A program made the position numbers and the translations under genes. Shown piece by piece: positions 1 to 8,534 of a DNA stretch of 64,000 nt. The notes below the pieces were generated by a model. It saw nothing but the letters and a program-made list of their open reading frames with translations. It was not told the DNA's origin and did not search any database. Numbering within the stretch: the first letter of the stretch is position 1; the number at the start of each line of letters is the position of its first letter. The stretch is from Candidatus Liptonbacteria bacterium (lineage in GTDB: Bacteria > Patescibacteriota > Minisyncoccia > UBA6257 > 2-01-FULL-56-20). The DNA lies in contig JACQKT010000016.1 in NCBI GenBank assembly GCA_016204355.1, forward strand, positions 47,269-111,268, given 5' to 3'.

Positions 1-1719
1 CGGCCGGCGCTTCGTCTGGCCGTATATGAATTGGCCTATCTGATCCCTTATAAGGGTTTTGAGATAATCTGCTTCGATCTGCTGGTAGCTCGGAATCCGT
101 CCGACGAGTCCGCGCAGGCGTTTTCTTATTTCCTCCAAGATCTCCTTGTTTTCCTTGAGATAAATGAATCCGCGCGAGATTATGTCTGGGCTTTTTATCA
201 GCCGTCCGTTCTGCCGCTGAACAGTAAGAATGACGACAATCATTCCTTCCTGCGCGAGATTGAGTCGGTCTCTCAACACGACTTCCTCGACGTCGCCGAC
301 TCCGAGCCCGTCAACCATAACGTATGTCGCCGGCACTTTTTCGTCGGTCGGCACAAGCGAATTTTTCGTAATCAGGGCAACTTGTCCGTTATCGAGAAGA
401 ACAATTTGCTCGGGTTTCATGCCCAGTTCTTTCCCGATTTTAACGTACGATTTGCGTTTAAAATAATACCCGTGAATCGGCACGACGAATTGAGGATTAA
501 CTATCTGCAAAACAAGTTTGACGTCTTCCTTATTCCCGTGTCCGCTGGCATGGATGTCGAGAAGTTTGGAATTATAAACTTCATCAACCTGACGGGCGAT
601 ATTGTCCTGCAGCATCTGTACGCTGCGTTCGTTTCCCGGAACGACAGAAGAGGAAAAAACCACCGTATCGGTCGGTTTCAAGTGGATAAACTTGTGCTCG
701 CCGTTGACTATGCGCATAAGGCCTGCTTTCTTTTCGCCCTGCGCTCCTGTCGTCAAAATTATTATTTTCTCGTCTTTATGCCGCGCCGTTTCCTCAAGAG
801 GAATTAGTATATCTCTTTTCTCCTTGAGATAGCCGAGATTTTTTGCGATTTCGAGGTTCGTTTTCATTGAACGCCCGTTGACAGCAACTTTTCTCCCTAG
901 TTTTTCGGCAATTTTTATTATCTCGATGAGTCGGTCCACTATCGATGAGAAAGCCGCAATTATCACGCGTCCCTTGGCGCCTTTTATCAGCATTTCGAGA
1001 TTTTCTTCCACCGTTCTTTCCGACATCGAGAATCCGGAAAATTCGGCGTTCGTGCTGTCCATGAAAAGCGTGTGCACGCCGAGCTTGCCGAGTTTTTCGA
1101 AACTTTCCATATTCTGCGGTTTACCGTTCCTGTCTATGTCCAGGCGGAAATCTCCGAAGCTCGCCATGTTTCCCAAAGGAGTTTTCAAAATGAAGCCGAG
1201 CGATTCAGGAATGGTGTGTCCAACGCTGAAAAATTCCGCATCGAAATGTTCGGAAATCTTCACTCTGCTCCCGTCGGTTACGGTTTCGAAATTAAGCTTG
1301 GGAACATTGGTAAATTCCTCATGGCGTTTTTCAACCATGGCTCGAGTGAATTTCGAAGTATAAATTATCGGATTACCCATCCTCTCGAGAAGATAGTGTA
1401 TCGCGGCTATGTGGTCGTAATGTCCATGCGTAAGGATTATTCCGCGGATATTTTTCTTTTTTGCTTCAAGATAGCTGACGTTGGGAATGATGTAGTCGAT
1501 TCCGGGAGTTTCTTCCTCGGGGAATTGAATCCCGACGTCAACGACAATTATTTCGTTTTTGTATTCGAAAAACGAACAGTTCCGTCCGATTTCTTCAAGT
1601 CCGCCGAGTGCGGCGAACCGGACGTGCTCCTTTTCGGGCGCCGCAGGGTGTTTTTTGGGATGGCGGACCGCCGCGCTGGCAGGCTCGATTATTTTTATCG
1701 TTTTTTTCTGTCTTATCAT
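1..1719 (-). CDS. rnj: Ribonuclease J (metallo-beta-lactamase/beta-CASP RNase), 3' end beyond window start
   Basis: Minus-strand translation from ATG at 1717-1719 reads MIRQKKTIKII...GIILTHGHYDHIAAI (HxHxDH motif) and continues open to position 1. It is absent from the ORF track because no stop lies in the window; the + strand ORFs here are antisense shadows. Confidence 0.8.
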   Translation of the reverse strand, partial: MIRQKKTIKIIEPASAAVRHPKKHPAAPEKEHVRFAALGGLEEIGRNCSFFEYKNEIIVVDVGIQFPEEETPGIDYIIPNVSYLEAKKKNIRGIILTHGHYDHIAAIHYLLERMGNPIIYTSKFTRAMVEKRHEEFTNVPKLNFETVTDGSRVKISEHFDAEFFSVGHTIPESLGFILKTPLGNMASFGDFRLDIDRNGKPQNMESFEKLGKLGVHTLFMDSTNAEFSGFSMSERTVEENLEMLIKGAKGRVIIAAFSSIVDRLIEIIKIAEKLGRKVAVNGRSMKTNLEIAKNLGYLKEKRDILIPLEETARHKDEKIIILTTGAQGEKKAGLMRIVNGEHKFIHLKPTDTVVFSSSVVPGNERSVQMLQDNIARQVDEVYNSKLLDIHASGHGNKEDVKLVLQIVNPQFVVPIHGYYFKRKSYVKIGKELGMKPEQIVLLDNGQVALITKNSLVPTDEKVPATYVMVDGLGVGDVEEVVLRDRLNLAQEGMIVVILTVQRQNGRLIKSPDIISRGFIYLKENKEILEEIRKRLRGLVGRIPSYQQIEADYLKTLIRDQIGQFIYGQTKRRP

Positions 1720-1801
1720 TTTTTTGCTTTCCGTATTTTGACGGTCCATTTTATCGATAAACTATTCCGTCGTTGCGGTCTTATGCGTTTTATGTTTTGT
1801 G

Positions 1802-1882
1802 TGGGCAGAGAGGGACTTGAACCCTCAAGCCTTGCGGCATACGGCCCTGAACCGTACGTGTTTGCCATTTCACCACCTGCCC
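1802..1882 (-). tRNA. tRNA-Leu (anticodon CAG), long variable arm
   Basis: The reverse complement gives GGGCAGG acceptor stem, anticodon loop TTCAGGG, a 13-nt variable arm, a GGTTCAAGTCC T-arm and discriminator A. The acceptor stem pairs 7/7 (one G-U). Confidence 0.7.
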
Positions 1883-1888
1883 GAACTA

Positions 1889-2890
1889 TTACTTCATCAA
1901 TTGTTTCAGATTGCTGACGATTTTTGGGTTTACAATGTTGAATTCTGCCTGCGACACGCCGTTGAGTTTTCCAAGGAAGTAGCTCGTCCAATCCGCCAAA
2001 ATCATCATATTCCAGATCTTTTCCAATTCCGTTTTGCCCTCGAGCTTCAGTTCGATCACTTTGACGCCTTTGTTTTTAAGAAGCTTTTCCGTAAATCCGA
2101 GTCTTTTTCCCATTCTGGGATGCAAGTCGCTTTTCAAAAAAATCGCCGCGGTTTTAAATTTCTTACTGTCGAACCCCACCAGCTCGTTATGATTCATTTC
2201 CGGCAAAACGTTGTTGAACGCCGGATTCTTGGCTGTTTCGTTTATTTTTATTTTCCAAATGTATCCTAAATGTCTATGTTTTTCGTCGGTGTATATACAA
2301 ACCGTTTTTCCTTTCAAAGTTGAAGCTATTTTTTTACCTGCTTTTTTGAACCGCGCCGGTTTTATGTTCTTCGAACAGTCTTTTACCTTTACTTTCAATC
2401 CTGCGGCTTTGAGTAATTTCCCTAATCCGTAAAACATGATACCAACGGATTGCCTTGGCGTCAAGCTGTCGCTGAAAAAAGAGACCATCGGAATTCCTTT
2501 TTCCTCGGAAATTTTTTTTAGCTCTCCTCCAGTGGTAAGAGTTGCCGCAAGCACTTTCTTTTTTGTTTTAAGAAGCGTTTTTAATCCCGACAAGGTTTCT
2601 TCCGTATTGCCAGAAAAAGAAGCGAAAATATAAAGGGGCCTCCGGATTTTAAATTCCGGACCAGATATGTCAGGCAAGCCGTAATCATTCCAGGTGATCA
2701 CCGGTATATTCAATCCTATTTCTTTTTTGACGGCTTTTATCAAATTGCCGGCAAGCCCGGAGCCACCCATACCGGCTATCACAAGAGCATCCGGTCTGCC
2801 CCCCGAGAGTTCTTGAAGATTATGCGGCCAAAGGGTTCTCTCCGTTAACTGCCTGTTGAAGCCGATTATATTTTTTTCAAGAAAGTCCAT
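1889..2890 (-). CDS. Bifunctional phosphoglucose/phosphomannose isomerase-type SIS-domain protein
   Basis: SIS motifs AGMGGSGLAGNL and FASFSGNTEETL; ~330 aa archaeal-type PGI/PMI architecture. Confidence 0.55.
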   Translation of the reverse strand: MDFLEKNIIGFNRQLTERTLWPHNLQELSGGRPDALVIAGMGGSGLAGNLIKAVKKEIGLNIPVITWNDYGLPDISGPEFKIRRPLYIFASFSGNTEETLSGLKTLLKTKKKVLAATLTTGGELKKISEEKGIPMVSFFSDSLTPRQSVGIMFYGLGKLLKAAGLKVKVKDCSKNIKPARFKKAGKKIASTLKGKTVCIYTDEKHRHLGYIWKIKINETAKNPAFNNVLPEMNHNELVGFDSKKFKTAAIFLKSDLHPRMGKRLGFTEKLLKNKGVKVIELKLEGKTELEKIWNMMILADWTSYFLGKLNGVSQAEFNIVNPKIVSNLKQLMK

Positions 2891-2905
2891 TTATCGAATT
2901 ATACC

Positions 2906-4555
2906 TTACTTGAATGATCTTGCGGTTTTCAGATACCAATCGTGCACGTTCGCAAACCTGCCGGAAGATTCGTCTATCAGGCCTGTGTCTACGCCCTGAA
3001 GATCTTTTCTCGAGAAATAAACGTAATAAGGGGAGTAAAGGAAAACAGCCGGATAATCTTCGGCGATCAGATTTTGCAAATCTTTTATTTTTGATGTGCG
3101 CCCGGAATCATCGATGTCCGTATTTATGTCGGTTATCAAATTGTCTGCCTGTTTACTGTTGTACAAAGACAAATTCAAGCCCGGATAAAATCTTTGGGAT
3201 GAATGCCAAAAAGAAAATAGATCTGCCGGCGGATTAAGCATGTTGCCGAAGAGAACGGCCTGGTAATTTCTGTTTTTTATGGTATCACTCGTTATTTCTT
3301 CGGGCGAGATAGAGATTATGTTCATTTTTGCTCCTACGTCTGCCCAGTACGATTGAAGCTTCTCGGCGGTTTTTTGAAGAAAGGGTATTTGCGGGACGGA
3401 AAGATTGAATTCCAGGGCGACCTTAACTCCCTTTATTGTTTTTTGTCTTACTGTGGAAGAACCCGTGAAAATCCATCCACCGTCGTTGAAAATTTTCTCT
3501 GCGGCATTTTTGCCCTGGATATTGTTTTGGCTTTCCTCGTCTTGCAGGATTGAAGAAGAAAAAGGCCCGAAGCGGACTTCGCCGTTGCCGTTGAGTACTT
3601 CACTCACAAAATTGTCGCGATCGACTGCGGCGCTCAATCCCTGTCGCACTTTTTTATCCTGTAGCGCCAGATTTTGTCCCTGATTGAAAAAAACCGCATA
3701 GTAGCTCGGAAGGAAAAAAACATGAGCCTCATAAGAACGTTTTATGTCTTCTATGCGTCCCGATTCCACCGCAAACCCGTCTATTTGGCTGGAATTGAAA
3801 GCCGATATCATATCGTCCTGGTTCGAATAAAACCTTAAATCGAATTCGGTTATAAGAGGGCGACTGGCGAAATAAAAATTATTCGTTTTAAGGTTGTAAG
3901 ATTTTATGAAGCCGTCGTCGCGGATTTCGTAGGAATCGAAAACATACGGGCCGCTGCCGACCGGCTGAAGATTGTACTTGGACAACCGCCAATTCGAGAC
4001 GGGCGTTTCGGCAAACAAGTGCTTGGGGATGATATACAGTTTTTTAAGATTTTGCGGGAAAAAAGCATACGGGCTGCCCAAACTTATCTGAAGTTCCAGC
4101 TCGCTTACTCTCTTAATCGCAACTCCTTGCCAGCTCGAATAGAGAGGTGATCCGGAATCGGTGTCCTGTATTTTTTGGACGGTGAAAATAACATCGTCGC
4201 TGGTAAGCTTCTCTCCGTCGGACCAGCGTATATTTTCTTTCAGTCGTATGTCCCAATCGCGGTTGTCGTTAATTGAAACTATTTTGTCCGATAAATCGAC
4301 AAGATTGCTGAAAACAAGCTTCACTATGCTTCTGTCAGCGTCATTTGAGGCAGTAACGGGGTTTATATGCGAGGGTTGTCCCACTATGCCTTCAGTATAG
4401 TTTCCTCCCCTCGCCGGGACTACAACCGTTTTCTGATTTACCAGAACCGCGCCGAGACTTACGGAACTTCCCAGGGCAAGAATCAGAGCGATCATAAAAA
4501 TCACGCGTTCTGTTCTCGAAAGAGCAAAAAAAATTTTTTTGAAAATAAAGCTCAT
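2906..4555 (-). CDS. ABC transporter substrate-binding protein, family 5 (Opp/Dpp-like), N-terminal TM/signal anchor
   Basis: 549-558 aa with an N-terminal hydrophobic segment and SBP_bac_5-like length and composition. Start uncertain (ATG at 4555 preferred, 4582 possible). Confidence 0.55.
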   Translation of the reverse strand: MSFIFKKIFFALSRTERVIFMIALILALGSSVSLGAVLVNQKTVVVPARGGNYTEGIVGQPSHINPVTASNDADRSIVKLVFSNLVDLSDKIVSINDNRDWDIRLKENIRWSDGEKLTSDDVIFTVQKIQDTDSGSPLYSSWQGVAIKRVSELELQISLGSPYAFFPQNLKKLYIIPKHLFAETPVSNWRLSKYNLQPVGSGPYVFDSYEIRDDGFIKSYNLKTNNFYFASRPLITEFDLRFYSNQDDMISAFNSSQIDGFAVESGRIEDIKRSYEAHVFFLPSYYAVFFNQGQNLALQDKKVRQGLSAAVDRDNFVSEVLNGNGEVRFGPFSSSILQDEESQNNIQGKNAAEKIFNDGGWIFTGSSTVRQKTIKGVKVALEFNLSVPQIPFLQKTAEKLQSYWADVGAKMNIISISPEEITSDTIKNRNYQAVLFGNMLNPPADLFSFWHSSQRFYPGLNLSLYNSKQADNLITDINTDIDDSGRTSKIKDLQNLIAEDYPAVFLYSPYYVYFSRKDLQGVDTGLIDESSGRFANVHDWYLKTARSFK

Positions 4556-4568
4556 TTCAACAATGCAC

Positions 4569-4596
4569 AATACACAATGCACAATACAAAGAGCCG
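4569..4596. repeat. Perfect 14-bp tandem duplication (acaatgcacaatac x2) at the 5' end/leader of the SBP gene
   Basis: Read directly: 4569-4582 and 4583-4596 are identical. Confidence 0.8.
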
Positions 4597-4617
4597 CGAC
4601 CTACCCAACCTTGGGGC

Positions 4618-4839
4618 TTAGATCAAAAGCTGAGCAACGGCAAGCCCAAGGAAAATTATGGCCAGAGCTATGGTGGCGGAAAATATTATCTTTTCCATCC
4701 CTCTCCTTGTCTGGTAGAAGGAACTGTCTCCGCCGCCGCCGAAAATACCGGACAAACCGGCAGAGCGCTCCTGAAGAAGTATCAGGATTATTATTACCAC
4801 CGAAACGATGACCTGGGTTACCGCAAGTATGGTTCTCAT
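4618..4839 (-). CDS. secG: Preprotein translocase subunit SecG
   Basis: 73 aa, two TM segments, ILLQ...SAGLSGIFGGGG glycine-rich loop typical of SecG. Confidence 0.7.
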   Translation of the reverse strand: MRTILAVTQVIVSVVIIILILLQERSAGLSGIFGGGGDSSFYQTRRGMEKIIFSATIALAIIFLGLAVAQLLI

Positions 4840-4964
4840 TATTTATAAAAAATTAACATTATTTTTTTGTTGTTACAATCGGCAGCGAGGCAGGTGTAAA
4901 AACTTGAAGCGCTTTTATTTCTGCAGAGCGAACCGATTGAAGTATTGCGATTATACCGCAATAT

Positions 4965-5318
4965 TTACTCTTTTGTCGCCAGATGAAAAATGAAATTTAC
5001 CAATCCTATGATTATCGACGAATAGAGAAGGGCAAAGACGCTTTCAATAGTAAGGTCTTGAGAAAGTATGTCAAGGATATATAAGACCAACATGTTGACG
5101 AAAATCAATCCGAAGCCGAGCGTGAGGATAATTATCGGTCCCAAAAGAAGCTTCAGCAAAGGCTTAAGAAACATATTCAAAGCCGTCAAAATCAGCGCAA
5201 GAATAGCAAGGTTTTTTAGGCTTACATCGAGATTGAATCCACTGATGAAGTAAGCCGCGGCGAAAAGCGCGACTCCGTTTATCACAACAGCCACTATCAA
5301 TTTGGCTATGAGTTTCAC
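4965..5318 (-). CDS. Phage holin family protein (superfamily IV/Phage_holin_4_2-like small membrane protein)
   Basis: 117 aa with 3-4 TM helices; pattern resembles the widespread chromosomal 'phage holin family protein'. Confidence 0.5.
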   Translation of the reverse strand: MKLIAKLIVAVVINGVALFAAAYFISGFNLDVSLKNLAILALILTALNMFLKPLLKLLLGPIIILTLGFGLIFVNMLVLYILDILSQDLTIESVFALLYSSIIIGLVNFIFHLATKE

Positions 5319-5373
5319 TTTATAATTTTACCACATCGGCGGGCGGAGGCTTCCCTCTTTTCGCCCAAAGGAT

Positions 5374-6609
5374 TCAATTTTCGCGGCCCAAAAAACTGTT
5401 TTTTCTGCGGTGTCTATGAAATCTGACAGCAAAATCGTGCGTTTGAGAAACAACCGCAGGAATTATTTTTTTCAGTTCGTCGGAAGCATTCTCTATTTTC
5501 ACTCCTTTTTTTTCGAGTCCATATATTGTTTTTTCCGGTTTTGCGAAAGAAATCATTTTTATTCCGCCCGTTCCTGTTTTGGAAAGACTGGATTTCGCCG
5601 CAGCCAATTGTCCTTTCCCTCCGTCAATTATCATAAGTCCGGGATAGGGCCATTCCGGATGCCTAAGCCGCCTGGAGATAGTTTCTGCCATTGCCGCCGT
5701 ATCGTCTCCTGGTTTAGCCGTTCTTATGATAAATTTTCTCCAAAAATCCTTTCTTGGAGAAAGAACGCCCTTCCCGTCGGTTCCCGAAAAAAGCCAGGCA
5801 GTCATTCCCGCAACGGTTTCTTTGCCCGATAGATGCGAAACATCGTAACCCTCGACCAAATAAGCGGCAGCCGGCATTTCGCGATCCGCGGGCAGCGAGT
5901 CGAAATTTTCCAAATATTCGCGGTGCGCGAGTATTTTATCGAGCGCCGATTTTTCTTCCGGCTTCAAATTTTTCCCGAAGTTCTCCGGATTTTTCCCGAG
6001 AAGGACGTTTTTTATCACCTCTATATTTTTTTTGTACCGACTCAGCTGTTTTCGTTGCAGGACATTTTTTTTGCAGCAGAAGCCATAGCAGTTTCCGATC
6101 TGAGAATTAAGACAGTCACGCAGGTGCTGTTTCGGACATGTGCAATAAGGGAAGTAGCGTCGGAGCATCCTTAATACCAGGCGAAGAGCGCGACCTTCCG
6201 TAAACGGACCTACGACGCTCCCGGTTCTCGGTTTGTATGTCGCATTTTGCAATTGATTTTTGTGCGCCACCAGTATTTTCGGGAATTCATCAACGGTGAA
6301 CACTGCGTAAAAATAACTTTTGTCGTCGCGCCATATTACGTTGTACGGAGGATTGTATTTTTTAATTAGCTTCGCTTCCTCTATTAAAGCTTCTATTTCC
6401 GAGCGGAGCGGAACAAGTTTCAATTCCGTTGCATTTTCGCGCAGTCGGCTGTTTTTTAAGTCACTTTCTTTAAGATATGAATGAAGCCTGTTTTTCAGAT
6501 TCGACGCCTTGCCGACATAAATAGGCGTCCGTTTTTCATAAAAAACGTAAACGCCCGTCGTTTTCGGCGCTTTTTTAATGACGTCTTTTACTTTCTGCCA
6601 ATTATTCAC
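5374..6609 (-). CDS. uvrC: Excinuclease ABC subunit C, compact form (GIY-YIG + Cys4 + RNase H-like endonuclease domain; no HhH tail)
   Basis: GVYVFY...IYVGKASNLKNRLHSY (GIY-YIG); CTCP...C...CYGFCC cysteine cluster; IIDGGKGQL and THDFAVRFHRHRRK match the UvrC C-terminal nuclease domain. 411 aa versus ~600 for canonical UvrC. Confidence 0.65.
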   Translation of the reverse strand: MNNWQKVKDVIKKAPKTTGVYVFYEKRTPIYVGKASNLKNRLHSYLKESDLKNSRLRENATELKLVPLRSEIEALIEEAKLIKKYNPPYNVIWRDDKSYFYAVFTVDEFPKILVAHKNQLQNATYKPRTGSVVGPFTEGRALRLVLRMLRRYFPYCTCPKQHLRDCLNSQIGNCYGFCCKKNVLQRKQLSRYKKNIEVIKNVLLGKNPENFGKNLKPEEKSALDKILAHREYLENFDSLPADREMPAAAYLVEGYDVSHLSGKETVAGMTAWLFSGTDGKGVLSPRKDFWRKFIIRTAKPGDDTAAMAETISRRLRHPEWPYPGLMIIDGGKGQLAAAKSSLSKTGTGGIKMISFAKPEKTIYGLEKKGVKIENASDELKKIIPAVVSQTHDFAVRFHRHRRKNSFLGREN

Positions 6610-6680
6610 AAGGAAGTTATATCGCGGGCGAATGAATGGCGCAAATTGCCGGATAAATGTCAGTACTTTATTTCATAGCC

Positions 6681-8222
6681 CTATGTCAGATTTTGAAGCA
6701 GGCTTTCTCCGTTCATGTCCGACGGTTTGTCGATGTTCATCATCTCGAGAACGGTCGGGGCGACGTCCGAAAGCACTCCGGTAATTTCTCCCAAGGGATT
6801 TCTCCAGTTCGGAAATTTCCTTCCTTTGAATTCTGGCGCAACAAGATAAAACGGCACGGGGTTCGGATCGTGCTGCGTTTCGAATTCTCCCGTTTGCGGG
6901 TCCATCATTTCTTCAAGGTTGCCGTGATCAGCCGTGATGATTATTGCCGTATCGTCGTTAATGCCTACTTTTAATATCTTGCCGATTTCTTCATCGATTA
7001 CTTTCGCCGCTTTCAGTCCCGCCTGAAAATTTCCCGTGTGGCCTATCGTGTCGGCATTCGCGTAATTCGCAAGTATAAAATCGAAAGAACGGTTCGTTAT
7101 TGCTTCCACGATTCTGTCTGTCACCGCCGGCGCCATCATCTCCGGGCGCTCGTCGATATGCGGGACGGAAAGGGAGGGAATAAGAACGCGATATTCGTTT
7201 TTGAAGGCAGCTTCGCGGTAGCCGTTGAAAAAATATGTCACGTGGGCGTATTTGTAGGTTTCCGCGACGCGCAGCTGCGTTTTGCCGGAGTCCGAGAATA
7301 TTTTACCCAAAGGATTCTCCACGCTATCGGGAGGGAATGCGGCCGAGACGGGGAACTTGCGCTCGTATTGAGTCATGGTCGTTATGGAAAGGTTTTCGAA
7401 TTTCCTCACGGGGAATTTGTCGAATCTATCTGCTATGAAGGATTCCGCGAGCTGGCGTATCGAATCTTCCCGGAAATTGAAAAATATGACGGAATCGTTT
7501 TCCTGAACGGATTTTTCAGGAGATACCCGTATGGGGGAGAGGAATTCTTCGCTGGGATTTTTCGAATAATTGTTTTTTATTGTTGTCGCCAAATCCGTGG
7601 TTGTTTCGCCGTCTGTCCCTGTGATGCAATCGTAAGCGCGCCGGGTTGCCTCCCAGTTCTGGTTTCTGTCCATGCCGTAAAACCTTCCCGTGAGAGTGGC
7701 AAGTTTTTCAAGCGGTATTTCTTTGAGAAATTTTTCCAAAGTATGAGGCTCGCTGTCTTTGCCGTCGGCGAACAAATGCAATTTCACGTTGTCGACTTTT
7801 TCCTGTCCGGCCATTCTCAGCAAAGCGTCTATATGGTCGAGCGAAGCATGAACGTTCGCTTTTGAAAGAAGGCCGATAAGATTTACTCCCGAATTGTTTT
7901 TCCGCGCGTGTTCGAAAGCTTTTTTAAGCGCATGGTTGGCGAAAAAACTGCCGTCGCGTATCGAAAGTTCTATCCGCGGGTAATACTGATAAATCACTTT
8001 TCCGGCTCCGATGGTGAGGTGTCCGACCTCGCTGTTTCCCGTTTCGCCCCACGGAAGACCGACGGCTATGCCTGAGGCCTGCAGACTTCCCGCGGGAAAG
8101 TTTTCTTCAAGCCAAAGGAAATTTTCCGGTTTCGCCATGTAAATGGGGTTGGAATCGTCTTTTCTGCCTATTCCCCATCCGTCGAGAATCAATAAAACAA
8201 CAGTCTTTTTCATTGGTTTCAA
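6681..8222 (-). CDS. gpmI: 2,3-bisphosphoglycerate-independent phosphoglycerate mutase
   Basis: VLLILDGWG, SEVGHLTIGAG, ITADHGN motifs; 513 aa. Confidence 0.85.
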   Translation of the reverse strand: MKPMKKTVVLLILDGWGIGRKDDSNPIYMAKPENFLWLEENFPAGSLQASGIAVGLPWGETGNSEVGHLTIGAGKVIYQYYPRIELSIRDGSFFANHALKKAFEHARKNNSGVNLIGLLSKANVHASLDHIDALLRMAGQEKVDNVKLHLFADGKDSEPHTLEKFLKEIPLEKLATLTGRFYGMDRNQNWEATRRAYDCITGTDGETTTDLATTIKNNYSKNPSEEFLSPIRVSPEKSVQENDSVIFFNFREDSIRQLAESFIADRFDKFPVRKFENLSITTMTQYERKFPVSAAFPPDSVENPLGKIFSDSGKTQLRVAETYKYAHVTYFFNGYREAAFKNEYRVLIPSLSVPHIDERPEMMAPAVTDRIVEAITNRSFDFILANYANADTIGHTGNFQAGLKAAKVIDEEIGKILKVGINDDTAIIITADHGNLEEMMDPQTGEFETQHDPNPVPFYLVAPEFKGRKFPNWRNPLGEITGVLSDVAPTVLEMMNIDKPSDMNGESLLQNLT

Positions 8223-8315
8223 TTGTAAGCCATTTAAAAATCAATGGAAACAAGAAGCGTTTTGCCTTGACCACGCACCTATCGTTGCAAAATATGTGCA
8301 TCAGAAAATTTATAA

Positions 8316-8345
8316 GGCGAAGCCGCCTTTCGGCTCCGCTTTTTC
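8316..8345 (+). terminator. Orphan intrinsic-terminator-like hairpin (GGCGAAGCCG-ccttt-CGGCTCCGC + TTTTT) in the gpmI-rny divergent spacer
   Basis: Stem-loop plus T-run read directly; no + strand gene ends upstream of it. Confidence 0.35.
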
Positions 8346-8380
8346 GCATATACATAATCCGCGCCGCGATAGGGGGGGGG

Positions 8381-8410
8381 TTGACGCCGCCATGCCTTAA
8401 CTTGTAAAAT
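8381..8410 (+). promoter_or_regulatory. Putative sigma70-type promoter of rny (TTGACG-18 nt-TAAAAT), immediately preceded by a G9 homopolymer (8372-8380)
   Basis: Hexamers and spacing read directly; 125 nt upstream of the rny ATG. Confidence 0.4.
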
Positions 8411-8534
8411 AAATCCAACTTAAAGAGTCATAAAATAACTGTACATTCCTAAAAAATTCAGGATCCGGCGCCAGGGCAAAAAGCGCGACGGCGCGGGAAA
8501 TAAAATAAAATGAAGAATTTAGGGAGAAAAATTA

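Noticed and set aside
31-1917. Plus-strand ORFs 31-807, 230-466, 602-832, 878-1363, 1072-1917
   Set aside because: The minus strand here encodes a continuous RNase J with the HGHYDH motif; these are antisense shadow ORFs with no recognisable motifs.
1716-2269. ORFs 1716-1991(-) and 1799-2269(+) overlapping the tRNA
   Set aside because: They overlap a well-formed tRNA-Leu and the PGI gene; composition-only ORFs.
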